Notes: a model not told the origin generated them from the sequence alone. A DNA stretch of 62,832 nt, filler included, from 6 parts of 6 records of this genome joined end to end with filler, not necessarily neighbours in it, one strand, 5' to 3'; numbered from the whole stretch's first letter, positions 29,754 through 40,612 are shown. Numbers and translations: made by a program.

Positions 29754-30527
29754 GTGAAAAAATTGAAGTTGTTTAATAAGATTTTTGAAAATAAAAAAGA
29801 AAGTGTTGATTATAATTGGCTGAAGAATGAAAAATTGCCAAGGCACGTTGCTTGTATTATGGATGGCAATGGAAGATGGGCAAAGAAGCGAAACTTACCA
29901 AGAACAGTAGGGCACAGAAACGGTGTTGAGCGTGTTAAGGACATCGTTAGGATGAGCTCTGATATTGGCATTGAGGTTCTTACGCTATATGCTTTTTCAA
30001 CAGAAAACTGGAAAAGACCAGCAAATGAAGTTAATGTTTTGATGGGATTGTTAATAGAATATTTAAAAAATGAGATTTCAGAGCTTCATCAAAACAATGT
30101 AAAGCTTTTGATAATTGGTGATTATTCCAAATTACCTCCAAAGGTAATTGAAGAAATTGAGCAATCTAAAATTAAAACTCAAAACAATACTGGAATGATA
30201 CTTAATATTGCTCTTAATTATGGATCAAGGGCTGAAATTGTTAGTGCTGTTAAAAGCATAGCAGAAGATATTAAGAAAAATGCGTTTGATGTTGATGATA
30301 TTGATGAAAACTTAATTTCGGATAGGTTAAATACTGGTGGTCAACCAGATCCAGATTTGCTTATAAGGACTAGTGGCGAAAAAAGACTTAGTAACTATAT
30401 GCTTTATCAGTTAGCATACGCAGAGATGGTTTTTGTGGATTGTTATTGGCCAGATTTTGGCTTTTTGGAATATGAAAAGGCTTTAAACGAGTATTTGAAC
30501 CGACAAAGAAGGTATGGAGGACTGTAG
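29754..30527 (+). CDS. uppS: Undecaprenyl diphosphate synthase
   Basis: HVACIMDGNGRWA, YAFSTENWKRP, DLLIRTSGEKRLSN. Confidence 0.97.
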   Translation: MKKLKLFNKIFENKKESVDYNWLKNEKLPRHVACIMDGNGRWAKKRNLPRTVGHRNGVERVKDIVRMSSDIGIEVLTLYAFSTENWKRPANEVNVLMGLLIEYLKNEISELHQNNVKLLIIGDYSKLPPKVIEEIEQSKIKTQNNTGMILNIALNYGSRAEIVSAVKSIAEDIKKNAFDVDDIDENLISDRLNTGGQPDPDLLIRTSGEKRLSNYMLYQLAYAEMVFVDCYWPDFGFLEYEKALNEYLNRQRRYGGL

Positions 30528-30528
30528 T

Positions 30529-31364
30529 TTGCTAAAAAAATCTTTTTTAACCAGAACTTTAGTTGCTGTACCAATATTTTTAACATTTTTGTTAATGGTG
30601 TTGTTTCAAAACTGGCTTTTTAAAATAGTGCTAGGCATACTATTAATTGTAAGCCAATTTGAAATAAACAGAGCGGTTAAAAACAGGAAGAAGAAATTTA
30701 ATACAGTAGTATCCTACATTTTAGATGTGTCTATATGTATTGTTTTCTTTTTTTCGATATTAAATATATACCAGTAATATATTTTTTGATGGTTTTTGTG
30801 TTAATGATTGAGATGGTGCTTAACAGAAAAAGAAGTGTCAAAAAGCTAATTTTCAGCATATTTGTTTTGGTATACCCTTCGCTATGTTTTATAGCATTGT
30901 TTGCAATCAACTATTGGTTTAACACAGAAACAAGCAGATTTTTAATATTCTATACAATATTTATATGCATGATAACGGACACAGCAGCTTATATATTTGG
31001 GTCGCTTTTTGGCAAGAAAAAGCTGTGCGAGCATATTAGCCCAAACAAATCAGTTGAGGGAGCTGTCAGTGGATTTGCCTTTGGTTTATTGGTAAGCCTG
31101 TTGATTGGTCTTTATTTACAAGGTATTTTTGGCGTGGATATTAGATTAATTCACTTCATTGTTTTAGGTATAATTTTACCTATCCTTTCGCAGATTGGCG
31201 ATTTATTTGCCTCTATGATAAAAAGATATTTTAAAATTAAAGACTTTGGCAATATATTTCCTGGGCACGGTGGTGCTTTGGATAGATTAGACAGTGCGTT
31301 ATTTATTGCTCCAATAGTTTGTTTATACTTTGTTTTAATTGTTAATTTTAATTTGATGATATAA
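30529..31364 (+). CDS. cdsA: Phosphatidate cytidylyltransferase, frameshift in the T runs near 30743-30754
   Basis: DTAAY..G..FGK, ISPNKSVEG, GDLFASMIKR..IKDFG..FPGHGGALDRLDS. Confidence 0.93.
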
Positions 31365-31381
31365 TAAAAAATGGTGAATAT

Positions 31382-32527
31382 ATGAAAAAGATTACTATAT
31401 TAGGATGTACAGGTTCGATAGGTACACAAACATTAGATATAATCGATAAAAATCCTCAAGAGTTTGAGGTATGTGCTCTTACAGCGAATGTAAATGTTGA
31501 TAAACTTATTAAACTTTGTAATAAATACAAGCCAAAAGCAGTTTGCTTATCTGGTGCAGAAAAATCTGATACATTAGAGCAAAATATATCTAGCGATATA
31601 AAAGTATATTATGGTAGCCAGGGTTTGCACAAAATATGTCTGGATACTGAGTCTGATATGGTCTTGCTTTCTGTTGTTGGCATTGCAGGATTATTAGCTT
31701 TGGAAACCTGTGTAAAAAACAATATTCCTGTTGCGCTTGCAAACAAGGAATCTATGGTTTGCGGAGGAAGCGTCATTAGATCTGCTATGGAAAAGCATCA
31801 AGCGATAGTTTATCCTGTTGATAGCGAGCTTTCTGCTATTTTCCAATGTTTAAATAATGGTTTTGAAACAAAAGATATAAAAAGAATAGTGCTTACGGCA
31901 TCTGGCGGTCCTTTTAGAAGGTTTGAAAAAAAAGATATTGAAAACGCTGATGTTAAAGCTGCTTTAATACATCCAAACTGGTCTATGGGAGATAAAATTA
32001 CGGTTGATTGTGCAACAATGATGAACAAAGGCCTTGAGATGATGGAAACAAGATGGCTTTTTGACGTTGATCCCGAAAAAATTGACGTATTTGTTCATGA
32101 AAATAGCATAGTTCACTCTATGGTTGAATATATTGATGGTAGTATATTGGCTCAATTAGGAGTAACAGATATGAAACAAGCAATTCAATATGCTCTTTCT
32201 TACCCTAATAGATACAATGCTCCTAGTGAGTATTTGGATTTAACCAAACATACTTTAGCTTTTTATAAACCGGATACTGATAAGTTTCCTTGTTTAAAGC
32301 TTGCTATGGATGTTTTGAAAAGCGATAATACTGCTATGGCAGTTGTTTTAAATGCAGCAAATGAGATAGCTGTATATAGATTTTTAGAAGATGAATATAG
32401 GATGGGTAAAATATCATATATCGTAGAAAAAAGCTTGGATGAATTTTCGAGCGAAAGCGTTAAAGATATAGATGATATTATGCAGCTTGATAAGAGAGTT
32501 AGGTTATTTGCGAAAAAAATACAATAG
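31382..32527 (+). CDS. dxr: 1-deoxy-D-xylulose-5-phosphate reductoisomerase
   Basis: LGCTGSIG, LANKES, PVDSE, LTASGGPF, HPNWSMG, NAANE. Confidence 0.97.
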   Translation: MKKITILGCTGSIGTQTLDIIDKNPQEFEVCALTANVNVDKLIKLCNKYKPKAVCLSGAEKSDTLEQNISSDIKVYYGSQGLHKICLDTESDMVLLSVVGIAGLLALETCVKNNIPVALANKESMVCGGSVIRSAMEKHQAIVYPVDSELSAIFQCLNNGFETKDIKRIVLTASGGPFRRFEKKDIENADVKAALIHPNWSMGDKITVDCATMMNKGLEMMETRWLFDVDPEKIDVFVHENSIVHSMVEYIDGSILAQLGVTDMKQAIQYALSYPNRYNAPSEYLDLTKHTLAFYKPDTDKFPCLKLAMDVLKSDNTAMAVVLNAANEIAVYRFLEDEYRMGKISYIVEKSLDEFSSESVKDIDDIMQLDKRVRLFAKKIQ

Positions 32528-32550
32528 TATGTTAGTGATTTGGAGGTAAA

Positions 32551-33585
32551 ATGTTTACTACAATTGTTGGAATAATAGGTGCACTTTTTGTAATAGCTTT
32601 TATGATTATTGCACATGAATGTGGTCACTTTTTTATGGGAAGATGGCTTGGTTTTGTTATAGATAAATTTGCAATAGGTTTTGGACCAAAGATTTTTGGA
32701 TGGAAGAAGAAAGGCACGGATTTTTCTTTAAGAGCGTTTCCGATTGGTGGTTATTGTTTGTTTAGAGGAGAAGATGAAAACAACAATGACCCAGATTCGT
32801 TTAACAACCAAAAAGCGTGGAAAAGATTTTTGGTTATTGTTGCGGGTGCTGTGGCAAACCTAATAAGTGCGTTAATATTAGCGATAGTTTTCCTATCAGC
32901 ATATGGTGATACGATACCTGTTGTTGAGGAAGTGATTGAAGGAAGACCTGCTTATGAATATGGGTTGCAACAAGGCGACATAATTAGAGAATATGAAGGC
33001 GAAAAAATAGACTTTGCTATAGAGATGTCATTTTTGTTATCAGAATCTGAAGATGATACTGTTATGAATTTAGCTGTAGAGCGTAACGGTGAACTGGTTA
33101 GTATTGATATTCCAAAAGAATACGTTGAGGAAGATGAAAGATATCTAGCAGGTTTTACCTATGTGCAAGAACCTGTAAGCTTCACTATATTTGAGTCTAT
33201 TGGTCTTAGTTTTAAATGGCTAAATCTAATAATTAAACAGATGTATTCTTACCTAGGTGGTTTGTTTATAGGGACTTCAAGCACAGCCGATGTTGGCGGT
33301 ATAGTTAGTGTTGTAGATGTTGTAAGCCAAGCGTTTGTGATTAGTTTTGGTCTTGTATTAGAATTAGCGGCTCTTTTAAGCGTTAACTTAGCTGTAATTA
33401 ATCTTTTACCGCTTCCAGCTTTAGATGGCGGAAGATTGGTTTTTATCGCTATTGAAGCTATATTTAAAAAACCTGTTCCAAGAGAAGTTGAAGGTACAAT
33501 CCACGCTGCTGGCATGTTCTTGTTGTTTGGACTTATGATTGTGCTTACATATAAAGATGTGGTTAGAATATTCTTTGGAGGATAA
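32551..33585 (+). CDS. rseP: RIP metalloprotease RseP/RasP
   Basis: HECGH, PDZ domain, NLLPLPALDGG. Confidence 0.93.
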   Translation: MFTTIVGIIGALFVIAFMIIAHECGHFFMGRWLGFVIDKFAIGFGPKIFGWKKKGTDFSLRAFPIGGYCLFRGEDENNNDPDSFNNQKAWKRFLVIVAGAVANLISALILAIVFLSAYGDTIPVVEEVIEGRPAYEYGLQQGDIIREYEGEKIDFAIEMSFLLSESEDDTVMNLAVERNGELVSIDIPKEYVEEDERYLAGFTYVQEPVSFTIFESIGLSFKWLNLIIKQMYSYLGGLFIGTSSTADVGGIVSVVDVVSQAFVISFGLVLELAALLSVNLAVINLLPLPALDGGRLVFIAIEAIFKKPVPREVEGTIHAAGMFLLFGLMIVLTYKDVVRIFFGG

Positions 33586-33588
33586 GCG

Positions 33589-34626
33589 TTGAGTAGACTT
33601 GTTAAAGTTGGAGATATTAGTGTAGGTGGCGGTAGTCCGATTGTTATTCAGTCTATGACAAATACCAAAACAAGTGATATCAAAAGTACTAAAAAACAGC
33701 TTTTAGCTTTGCAAGATGCAGGATGTGAGGTTGCTAGGCTTTCTGTGCCAGATAAAGAATCTGCTTTTGCGTTTTTGAAATACAAAAAAAGCGTTGATAT
33801 GCCGCTCGTTGCGGATATTCATTTTGACTATAAACTTGCGATTTTAGCTGTAGAGAATGGTGCTGACAAAATTAGAATAAACCCTGGTAATATTGGCTGT
33901 GAACAAAATATAAGAAAAGTAGTTGATGCTGTAAAGCAAAACGGTGCGGCAATTAGAGTTGGGGTTAATGGTGGATCTATTCAAAAGGATATATTGGATA
34001 AACACGGTAACACCGCACAAGCATTGGCGCTAAGCTGTATAGAAAACACAAAAATAGTAGAAAAATATGGCTTTAGTGATATAGTTTTATCTGTAAAATC
34101 TTCATCAGTATTTAAAACTATAGAATCGAATAGGATTGTTGCAAAAACTTTGGATTATCCAATCCATATTGGCGTTACTGAAGCTGGTACGTATGAAAAC
34201 TCAATGATCAAATCGGCTGGTGCTTTTGCTCCACTATTGATGGAGGGTATTGGAGATACCATAAGGATTTCGATTACAGGAGACCCTGTTTGCGAGGTTA
34301 CGGCTGCTAAAAAGATGTTAAACCTTTTTGGGGTTAGAAAGTTTGGCATTGAAGTTATATCTTGCCCTACATGTGCAAGGACATGTATAGATGTAGAAAA
34401 GCTTGCCGTACAGGTAGAAAAAGAGCTTTCTGGGCTTGATAAAAATATTAAGATCGCTGTTATGGGTTGTGCTGTTAATGGCCCTGGTGAAGCCAAGGAT
34501 GCCGATATTGGTGTTGCTGGTGGTAATGGTGAAGGATTGATATTTGTAAAAGGCAAAAAACTAAAAAAAGTAAGCCAAGATAGATTGCTTAGCGAGTTGA
34601 AAGAGCAGATTAGTATAAACTTTTAG
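33589..34626 (+). CDS. ispG: HMBPP synthase
   Basis: IQSMTNT, PLVADIHF, RINPGN, GDTIRIS, CPTCAR, MGCAVNGPGEA. Confidence 0.97.
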   Translation: MSRLVKVGDISVGGGSPIVIQSMTNTKTSDIKSTKKQLLALQDAGCEVARLSVPDKESAFAFLKYKKSVDMPLVADIHFDYKLAILAVENGADKIRINPGNIGCEQNIRKVVDAVKQNGAAIRVGVNGGSIQKDILDKHGNTAQALALSCIENTKIVEKYGFSDIVLSVKSSSVFKTIESNRIVAKTLDYPIHIGVTEAGTYENSMIKSAGAFAPLLMEGIGDTIRISITGDPVCEVTAAKKMLNLFGVRKFGIEVISCPTCARTCIDVEKLAVQVEKELSGLDKNIKIAVMGCAVNGPGEAKDADIGVAGGNGEGLIFVKGKKLKKVSQDRLLSELKEQISINF

Positions 34627-35680
34627 TTTTCTTTTTAAAAATAAATGAAAAAAGCACGATAGAAAAAATAAGTATTGGTAGATACATATAATAAAAACTT
34701 TGGTTTTTAATGATATGTGACGCTGTACTTGTTTTTGTTTTTATAGGAAATATAATTGTAAGCGAATAACATACGATATAGGATAGTGCGCCATGGATTG
34801 CTTTGTATAGTGTTAAACCTTTGGATTTTATACTGTTATTTTTAAGAATGGTCTTAGTTTGAGTTATTATACTGAGCCCACTAAAGCTTATTGCAAAACT
34901 TGTGAGGCATATTTTTGCAATAACAGATATATCTAAGTTGCTGATTTTTATGCTTGCTAGAGTCATTTCTAAAAGAGTAAAAAGTAAAACAGTAATATTT
35001 GAGTTTTCAATCGAAACTAATGTTGATAGCTGTTCTATTATAGAGGAAAAAGTATAAAACACAATAACTAAACTACAAATTAAGGATAGCGTTTTTATTG
35101 CGCTAAATATCGAAATGTTTAAGACTTCCGATAAACTATTATAGCTAGTATCGTTTGAATTTACTGGCATAATTTCTTTATTTTTTTTGTAAAGTAAAGT
35201 GTGGAACAAAATTAAAATAATCATTGATATATGATGTGAGGCTATTATATAGATAAAAGCACTTGGTATTTTTAAAAGCATAGTGCTTACAAAAACGATA
35301 AAGGCTGGACCAGTAACAGAAGTGAAAATTGCCATTCTTTCACTTTCACTAGTAGTGATTTTTTTATTATTTAAAAGCTCAGATGTAAGTTTTGCGCCGC
35401 ATGGGTACCCTGAAAGTGATGACATTAGATATATAAACAGAAAATTACCGCTAAGACCCAGTAATTTGCTACAAATAGGATGAAATAATTTCTGAAAAGG
35501 GGACAGAAGATTTGAATATATAAGCAAGTTTGAAACGATAAAAAATGGAAGCAACGAAGGGATAATTGTGTATATACAAATATCTATACCGGCTTTTGCG
35601 GCATTCATATAATTTTTCGGGAAAACAACAAAACATAATAAACTAACAACTATTATTGATAACAAAAAATATCTTTTCAT
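34610..35680 (-). CDS. ylbJ: YlbJ-like sporulation integral membrane protein
   Basis: IIPSLLPFF, SSLSGYPCGAK, LLEMT, SFSGLSIITQ. Confidence 0.8.
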   Translation of the reverse strand: MKRYFLLSIIVVSLLCFVVFPKNYMNAAKAGIDICIYTIIPSLLPFFIVSNLLIYSNLLSPFQKLFHPICSKLLGLSGNFLFIYLMSSLSGYPCGAKLTSELLNNKKITTSESERMAIFTSVTGPAFIVFVSTMLLKIPSAFIYIIASHHISMIILILFHTLLYKKNKEIMPVNSNDTSYNSLSEVLNISIFSAIKTLSLICSLVIVFYTFSSIIEQLSTLVSIENSNITVLLFTLLEMTLASIKISNLDISVIAKICLTSFAISFSGLSIITQTKTILKNNSIKSKGLTLYKAIHGALSYIVCYSLTIIFPIKTKTSTASHIIKNQSFYYMYLPILIFSIVLFSFIFKKKTKSLY

Positions 35681-35724
35681 AATATAATCATATTTTAGAT
35701 ATGCTAATAATATTCGTATAAGAC

Positions 35725-36776
35725 CTAAAGTGTTACGGTCTTTGTAGTATGATCTTGACCAGTACGGTAATGTTCATATAATTTTTGATTGCTTGCATAT
35801 ATATCAGTACATAAAATATCTTTGCCGATAAAAAAATCATCTTTAGAATTACAGCTGGAATGGATAAGTTGTATTGTGTCGTTTTTGCTAAAGTGAGATA
35901 AAAGGGTTGAACTTTCACTTTTCATTCCTAAAACTTTGATTTTAGAAATTTCTTTAGTCTTTGCCTTTTCAATATCTTGTTTCGTAATATCCAAAAGAAT
36001 ATTATTTAAAACTCTTTGAATTCTAGTTCTTGTGAATCTCTTTGTTTTAATATTTGAAACAAGCTCTTCATAGTTTTTGCTTATGATCTCCGAGCTTTGT
36101 ATTCTGTTTTCTAAACCTTCTACAACGTCAGCTACTTCAGATAATTTCTTAGTATCATATTTTCTTATTGAATAAACAAGTTTATCAAAAAAAGATTGAG
36201 ATTTTGTAGGGATAAAACCTTCTTCACTGGCTGCTTTAAAAGTTTGGTAAGCATCATAAGGCATGTTTTCCGAAAGTTGTCCATCAAAGCCATGTTCAAA
36301 TATATGTTTTCTTATAGCGGTTGCACTAGAAAGACTGTTCATCAAAGATGTATCGTTATAGTCGCTACCAATTCTTTTAACTGCAAACGGCTTGATTTTG
36401 CTTTCTAAAAACAAAAGGGCTTTTAAGTATTCTAGTGCTAAAATAGAATTAGAGCCGCTTATAATCTCCGCAATTTCTTTGCTTTTAGTATACCTTGCCA
36501 AAGCCTTTGATCTAGCAGAAGGAAACGATAAACCTTTTGAAATCTCTTCTTTTAAATATGCTCTATATTGGTATGGCTCGTCAACAAGTGTACGGGCGAT
36601 TTTGTTTAACGAATCTATATCTTCGCTTTCACTTCCAAAGGATAGGTAATCAACATTTAAGGTGTTAAGTATTTTAACAGCACCATAGGAAAAATTTTCG
36701 GCGCTAGAAGTTGCAAAGTATGTAGGAAGCTCTATGACCAAATCTGCCCCACCTAAAATAGCCGCTTTAGCTCTTT
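35725..36776 (-). CDS. tmcAL: tRNA(Met) cytidine acetate ligase (YlbM/TmcAL), N-terminus truncated
   Basis: GADLVIELP, SFGSE, NSILALEY, R.GSDY, SATAIR, KRFTRTRIQR. Confidence 0.88.
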
Positions 36777-36876
36777 NNNNNNNNNNNNNNNNNNNNNNNN
36801 NNNNNNNNNNNNNNNNNNNNTTAATTAATTAANNNNNNNNNNNNNNNNNNNNNNNNNNNNNNNNNNNNNNNNNNNN
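36777..36876. other. Artificial contig linker
   Basis: N44-TTAATTAATTAA-N44. Confidence 0.99.
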
Positions 36877-36877
36877 A

Positions 36878-37555
36878 AAAAGAATAATACCCTATTTTCA
36901 GCCTATTTATGAGAATAGAACTGGAGAAGTTAGCAAATATGAGGCTTTAATTAGAATAAAAGATAGCGATGATATGATACTAACACCAGGAAGTTTTATG
37001 CAATATTCTAAAAAATATCACTTAAGTAATTTGCTGACGAAAGAGATGTTGAATCATATAATGCATAGAATTATGAAACATGATTGCGAGATATCAATCA
37101 ATTTGGAGATTAGCGATATACTAGATTCTTCGATGAGAGATTATATATATGAAAAGTTAAAAGTTTTTCCAAAAGCTGATAAAGTTGTATTTGAAATACT
37201 AGAGTCAGAGGGGATAGATAATTACAACGAGATAGAGAGATTCATAAATCAATTCAAGAAAATTGGTTGCAAAATGGCCTTGGATGATTTCGGTTGTGGG
37301 TACTCTAATTTTTCTCACTTACTAAACTTACAAATTGATTATTTAAAAATAGATGCGTCTATTATAAAAAATATAGCAAATGATATGAAAGCACAAAAAA
37401 TAACTAAACTAATAGTTGAACTATCCAGAACCATAGGAGCTAAAACGGTTGCTGAATTTGTAGATTCAAAGCATGTATTTAGCAAAGTAAAGGAACTAGA
37501 AGTAGATTATTCTCAAGGTTATTACCTAGGTAAACCTCAGGAAAATTTGGTTTAA
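36878..37555 (+). CDS. EAL-domain c-di-GMP phosphodiesterase, C-terminal part
   Basis: Frame open from the contig start: PYFQPI...YEALIR, FEILESE, ALDDFGCGYS, LKID, VAEFV, SQGY. Confidence 0.92.
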   Translation, partial: KRIIPYFQPIYENRTGEVSKYEALIRIKDSDDMILTPGSFMQYSKKYHLSNLLTKEMLNHIMHRIMKHDCEISINLEISDILDSSMRDYIYEKLKVFPKADKVVFEILESEGIDNYNEIERFINQFKKIGCKMALDDFGCGYSNFSHLLNLQIDYLKIDASIIKNIANDMKAQKITKLIVELSRTIGAKTVAEFVDSKHVFSKVKELEVDYSQGYYLGKPQENLV

Positions 37556-37569
37556 ATATAGAGAAATAA

Positions 37570-37612
37570 AAAAAAGTCTTATTACACTTAATATGTGTAA
37601 TAAGACTTTTTT
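37570..37612. terminator. Bidirectional terminator
   Basis: AAAAAAGTCTTATTACAC...GTGTAATAAGACTTTTTT between convergent genes. Confidence 0.85.
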
Positions 37613-37616
37613 ATAG

Positions 37617-38519
37617 TTATAGCGAGTCATTAAATGTCCAAGCAAGAACTCTGCTGATTTTTTGTCCCTGACTCATCTCTAGTATCTCTATCTTTTTAGC
37701 TCCCAATTTATTTAGAAGCTTTTTCGTTGGTGTGATATTATCCTTATTAGAAACCAAACTTGTGAACCATGTTACCTGCGATGAAAAGCTTATACTCTCT
37801 TTTACCATCTTCTTCAGGAATAATCTCTCTCCTCCAGGACACCAAAGTTCAGCTTTCTGCCCACCAAAATTAAGTCCCTTTTGGATAGTTTTACTTTTCT
37901 TGTTTAGATTATTTACTTTTCTCTTATTAGCTTTCATAGCATCTTCTAATGAAGCATGAAAAGGTGGATTGCACATAGTGAGATCAAATATATCGTCTTT
38001 TCCTATTACTCCATCAAAGATTTTATTTCTATTTTTTTGAAGTTTTAGCTTAATTTTCCCCTTTAAATTATCGTTAGTATTAACTATGTTTTCAGCGTTT
38101 TTTATTGAGATAGGATCAATATCCGATGCTGTGAAATTCCAGTTATAACTTTGACTTCCTATTATCGGGTATATACAGTTAGCACCAGTTCCAATATCAA
38201 GTACATGGACATTTCCCTCTTTTTTCTTTCCTAGTAATTCTGCAATATAGTGTATATAGTCAGCTCGACCAGGGATAGGAGGACAAAGAAAACCTTGAGG
38301 AATATCCCAGTTCTCAACTCCGTAAAATGTTTTCAGCAGAGCTTTGTTAAGTAGAACAACAGCACCGTTATCACTGAAATTAATAGTATCTTCTCCTCGT
38401 GGATTCTTTATAATAAAGGGTTTTAGTTCAGGTAGATTTTTAGATAAAACTGTAAAATCATACTTCCCTTTATGTGAATTATTGGGGTGCAGTTCCCCTT
38501 TTTTCTTTATATTTTTCAA
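37617..38519 (-). CDS. rlmF: 23S rRNA m6A1618 methyltransferase
   Basis: LHPNN.H, LCPPIPGRADYIH, LDIGTGANCIYP, MCNPPF, ELWCPGGE; TTG start after GGAG. Confidence 0.95.
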   Translation of the reverse strand: MKNIKKKGELHPNNSHKGKYDFTVLSKNLPELKPFIIKNPRGEDTINFSDNGAVVLLNKALLKTFYGVENWDIPQGFLCPPIPGRADYIHYIAELLGKKKEGNVHVLDIGTGANCIYPIIGSQSYNWNFTASDIDPISIKNAENIVNTNDNLKGKIKLKLQKNRNKIFDGVIGKDDIFDLTMCNPPFHASLEDAMKANKRKVNNLNKKSKTIQKGLNFGGQKAELWCPGGERLFLKKMVKESISFSSQVTWFTSLVSNKDNITPTKKLLNKLGAKKIEILEMSQGQKISRVLAWTFNDSL

Positions 38520-38688
38520 TTTAAATCTCCTTTGATATATATCTGTAACTAGATTAAATTGTAACATGAGAGATAGTTTTAGTCTAGATTTTATATTAAT
38601 TATATAAGCTTACTATTAATATTATTATAAATTCCTCAATATTTAACAGAAGAATAGTTGTATGGCTAGTTACCATACAAAGTTATTG

Positions 38689-38717
38689 TTGACAGCTTTG
38701 GTAAAAAATGATAATAT
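38689..38717 (+). promoter_or_regulatory. Sigma70 promoter of the reductase operon
   Basis: TTGACA-N17-TAATAT with extended TG; palindrome TTGTATGG-N7-CCATACAA just upstream (38658-38680). Confidence 0.65.
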
Positions 38718-38795
38718 CACTTAACTCTAAAAACACTTTCTACACAGGGTAAGTGTAAAAAACGAGAGTTTAGTTTTATAAATAATAAATAGAAA

Positions 38796-38905
38796 ATTTT
38801 TTAAAACAAAGTTGTAAAGAAACATTGCAACTTAAAAAAATACTTAAAAGATTTTTTAAAACAAAGTTGTAAAAAAACACTACAACTTAAAAAAATACTT
38901 AGAAG
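38796..38905 (+). repeat. Two tandem 55-bp repeats, each with an inverted repeat AAGTTGTA-N9-TRCAACTT
   Basis: Copies 38796-38850 and 38851-38905 differ at 4 positions. Confidence 0.9.
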
Positions 38906-38916
38906 GGACTGGTAAA

Positions 38917-40578
38917 ATGTTAAAGATACCACAAACTGTAATAGCCGATGTAAAAAATTACAGAAATGAGATAGCAAAGTATGTAAGTGGAGAGTTAGAT
39001 AAAAATAATTTTAAGCCATATGGGGCTGCAATGGGCGTTTATGCAGAGAGAAGTGGTGAAACTTTCATGACCCGTCCTAGAATACCTTCTGGAGTTATAA
39101 CTTTAGAAGAGTTAAAGCGAATTAGTGAGATAGCAGAAAAATATTCACATGGAAAGATTCATTTTACGACTAGACAAGATGTACAGTTTCATGGAGTTAC
39201 ATTTGAGAAGACTGTGGAGATAATAGAGGATTTACTAGAGATAGGCATTGTCAGTAGAGGAACAGGTGGAAATACAGCCAGAAACGTTTCTTGCTCACCT
39301 CTTAGTGGAGTTGAAAAGGATGAAGTATTTGATGTAACACCATATGCACTTGCAGTGGGAGAGTTTCTGCTAAAAGATAGCAATAATTTCATTTTACCTA
39401 GAAAATACAAGATAGGATTTTCAAATAACGAAAAAGATGAAGGACATGCCAAAATATCTGATCTTGGATTTGTAGCTGTAAATGATGAAAAATTAGGAGA
39501 TGGTTTTAGAGTTTACGGTGGAGGAGGACTTGGAGGAGCACCAAAACCTGCAATAATTCTAAAAGAGTTTGCTGAAAAAGATGAGGTAATCTATCATGCA
39601 CAGGCTATGAAACTACTCTTTGAAGAACACGGTGATAGACAGAACAAAGCAAAAGCAAGAATCAGACATATAGTTAGACGATTTGGTGAGGAGAAATTCC
39701 TAGAGGAGTACAACAAATTTTATGAATTAGCTAAACAGGATAAAACAATAGATAACCAGGAGATAGAGAAGTTTACTGAACTTTATAGCTCTATAGCTGT
39801 TTCTGAAGCAGGAAAGGAATCGGTATCAATTAATTCATCGGCAGTAACAGAGTTAAATACCGCCAATAGATACTCAATTTATTTTCAACCTGAAAACGGA
39901 AATGTTTATATAGAGGATTTAAATAGCCTGATATCTGCTCTGGAAAAGTTAGACTATAAGTTCACACTGAGATTATCGTTAGCACAGGGAATTTATGTAA
40001 ACAACATAGATGGAAAAGACGTAGCGAAAATTATAGAAGCTGGAAAAAGCTTTTATTCACCTAACATTGTTGAGAGATCAACAGCGTGTACAGGTGCTTC
40101 AACTTGTCAACTGGGGATATGTAGAGCACAAGATTTGGCAAGTGCAATAAAAAGCAAATTTGCCAATGAAGCAAAGGAACTCCTAAATACACTACCGAAA
40201 TTTTATATTTCAGGTTGTCCAAACTCTTGTGGTCAACATCAGATAGGTGAGATAGGCTTGTTTGGAAAAGCTAAAAAAGAGGATGGAAATTTACTAGCGA
40301 TATATTCAGTAATGTTTGGAGGAAATTTAAACGGAGAAACAGCGGAGTTTGGAGAGATTCACGGGACACTGCCAGCAAAAGCCATTCCGGAATTTCTAAT
40401 AGAGTTAGCAAAATTAAAAGAAAAATCATCTGTAGAGGAGTTTAGCAAATTTGTACTTAATGAAAAAGAGGGTATAGATGCCTTGATAGAAACTTACTCA
40501 AAAATACCTTCAATTGAAGAGAACGCAGAGTTTTACAAAGACTTTGGAACAGATGAATTTTTCTCACTGAAAAGATAG
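38917..40578 (+). CDS. Siroheme nitrite/sulfite reductase (ferredoxin-dependent type)
   Basis: HFTTRQDVQ, RNV, LPRKYK, CTGASTC and GCPNSCG siroheme/[4Fe-4S] cysteines. Confidence 0.92.
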   Translation: MLKIPQTVIADVKNYRNEIAKYVSGELDKNNFKPYGAAMGVYAERSGETFMTRPRIPSGVITLEELKRISEIAEKYSHGKIHFTTRQDVQFHGVTFEKTVEIIEDLLEIGIVSRGTGGNTARNVSCSPLSGVEKDEVFDVTPYALAVGEFLLKDSNNFILPRKYKIGFSNNEKDEGHAKISDLGFVAVNDEKLGDGFRVYGGGGLGGAPKPAIILKEFAEKDEVIYHAQAMKLLFEEHGDRQNKAKARIRHIVRRFGEEKFLEEYNKFYELAKQDKTIDNQEIEKFTELYSSIAVSEAGKESVSINSSAVTELNTANRYSIYFQPENGNVYIEDLNSLISALEKLDYKFTLRLSLAQGIYVNNIDGKDVAKIIEAGKSFYSPNIVERSTACTGASTCQLGICRAQDLASAIKSKFANEAKELLNTLPKFYISGCPNSCGQHQIGEIGLFGKAKKEDGNLLAIYSVMFGGNLNGETAEFGEIHGTLPAKAIPEFLIELAKLKEKSSVEEFSKFVLNEKEGIDALIETYSKIPSIEENAEFYKDFGTDEFFSLKR

Positions 40579-40612
40579 TAGATATATTAACTGTCACGCA
40601 GGAGATGATAGT

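Noticed and set aside
28854-31364. Pseudogenisation or programmed frameshifting of frr and cdsA
   Set aside because: Essential genes, breaks at homopolymer runs, same pattern in other contigs; sequencing error is far more likely
38796-38905. CRISPR array
   Set aside because: Two contiguous near-identical units with no unique spacers and no cas genes
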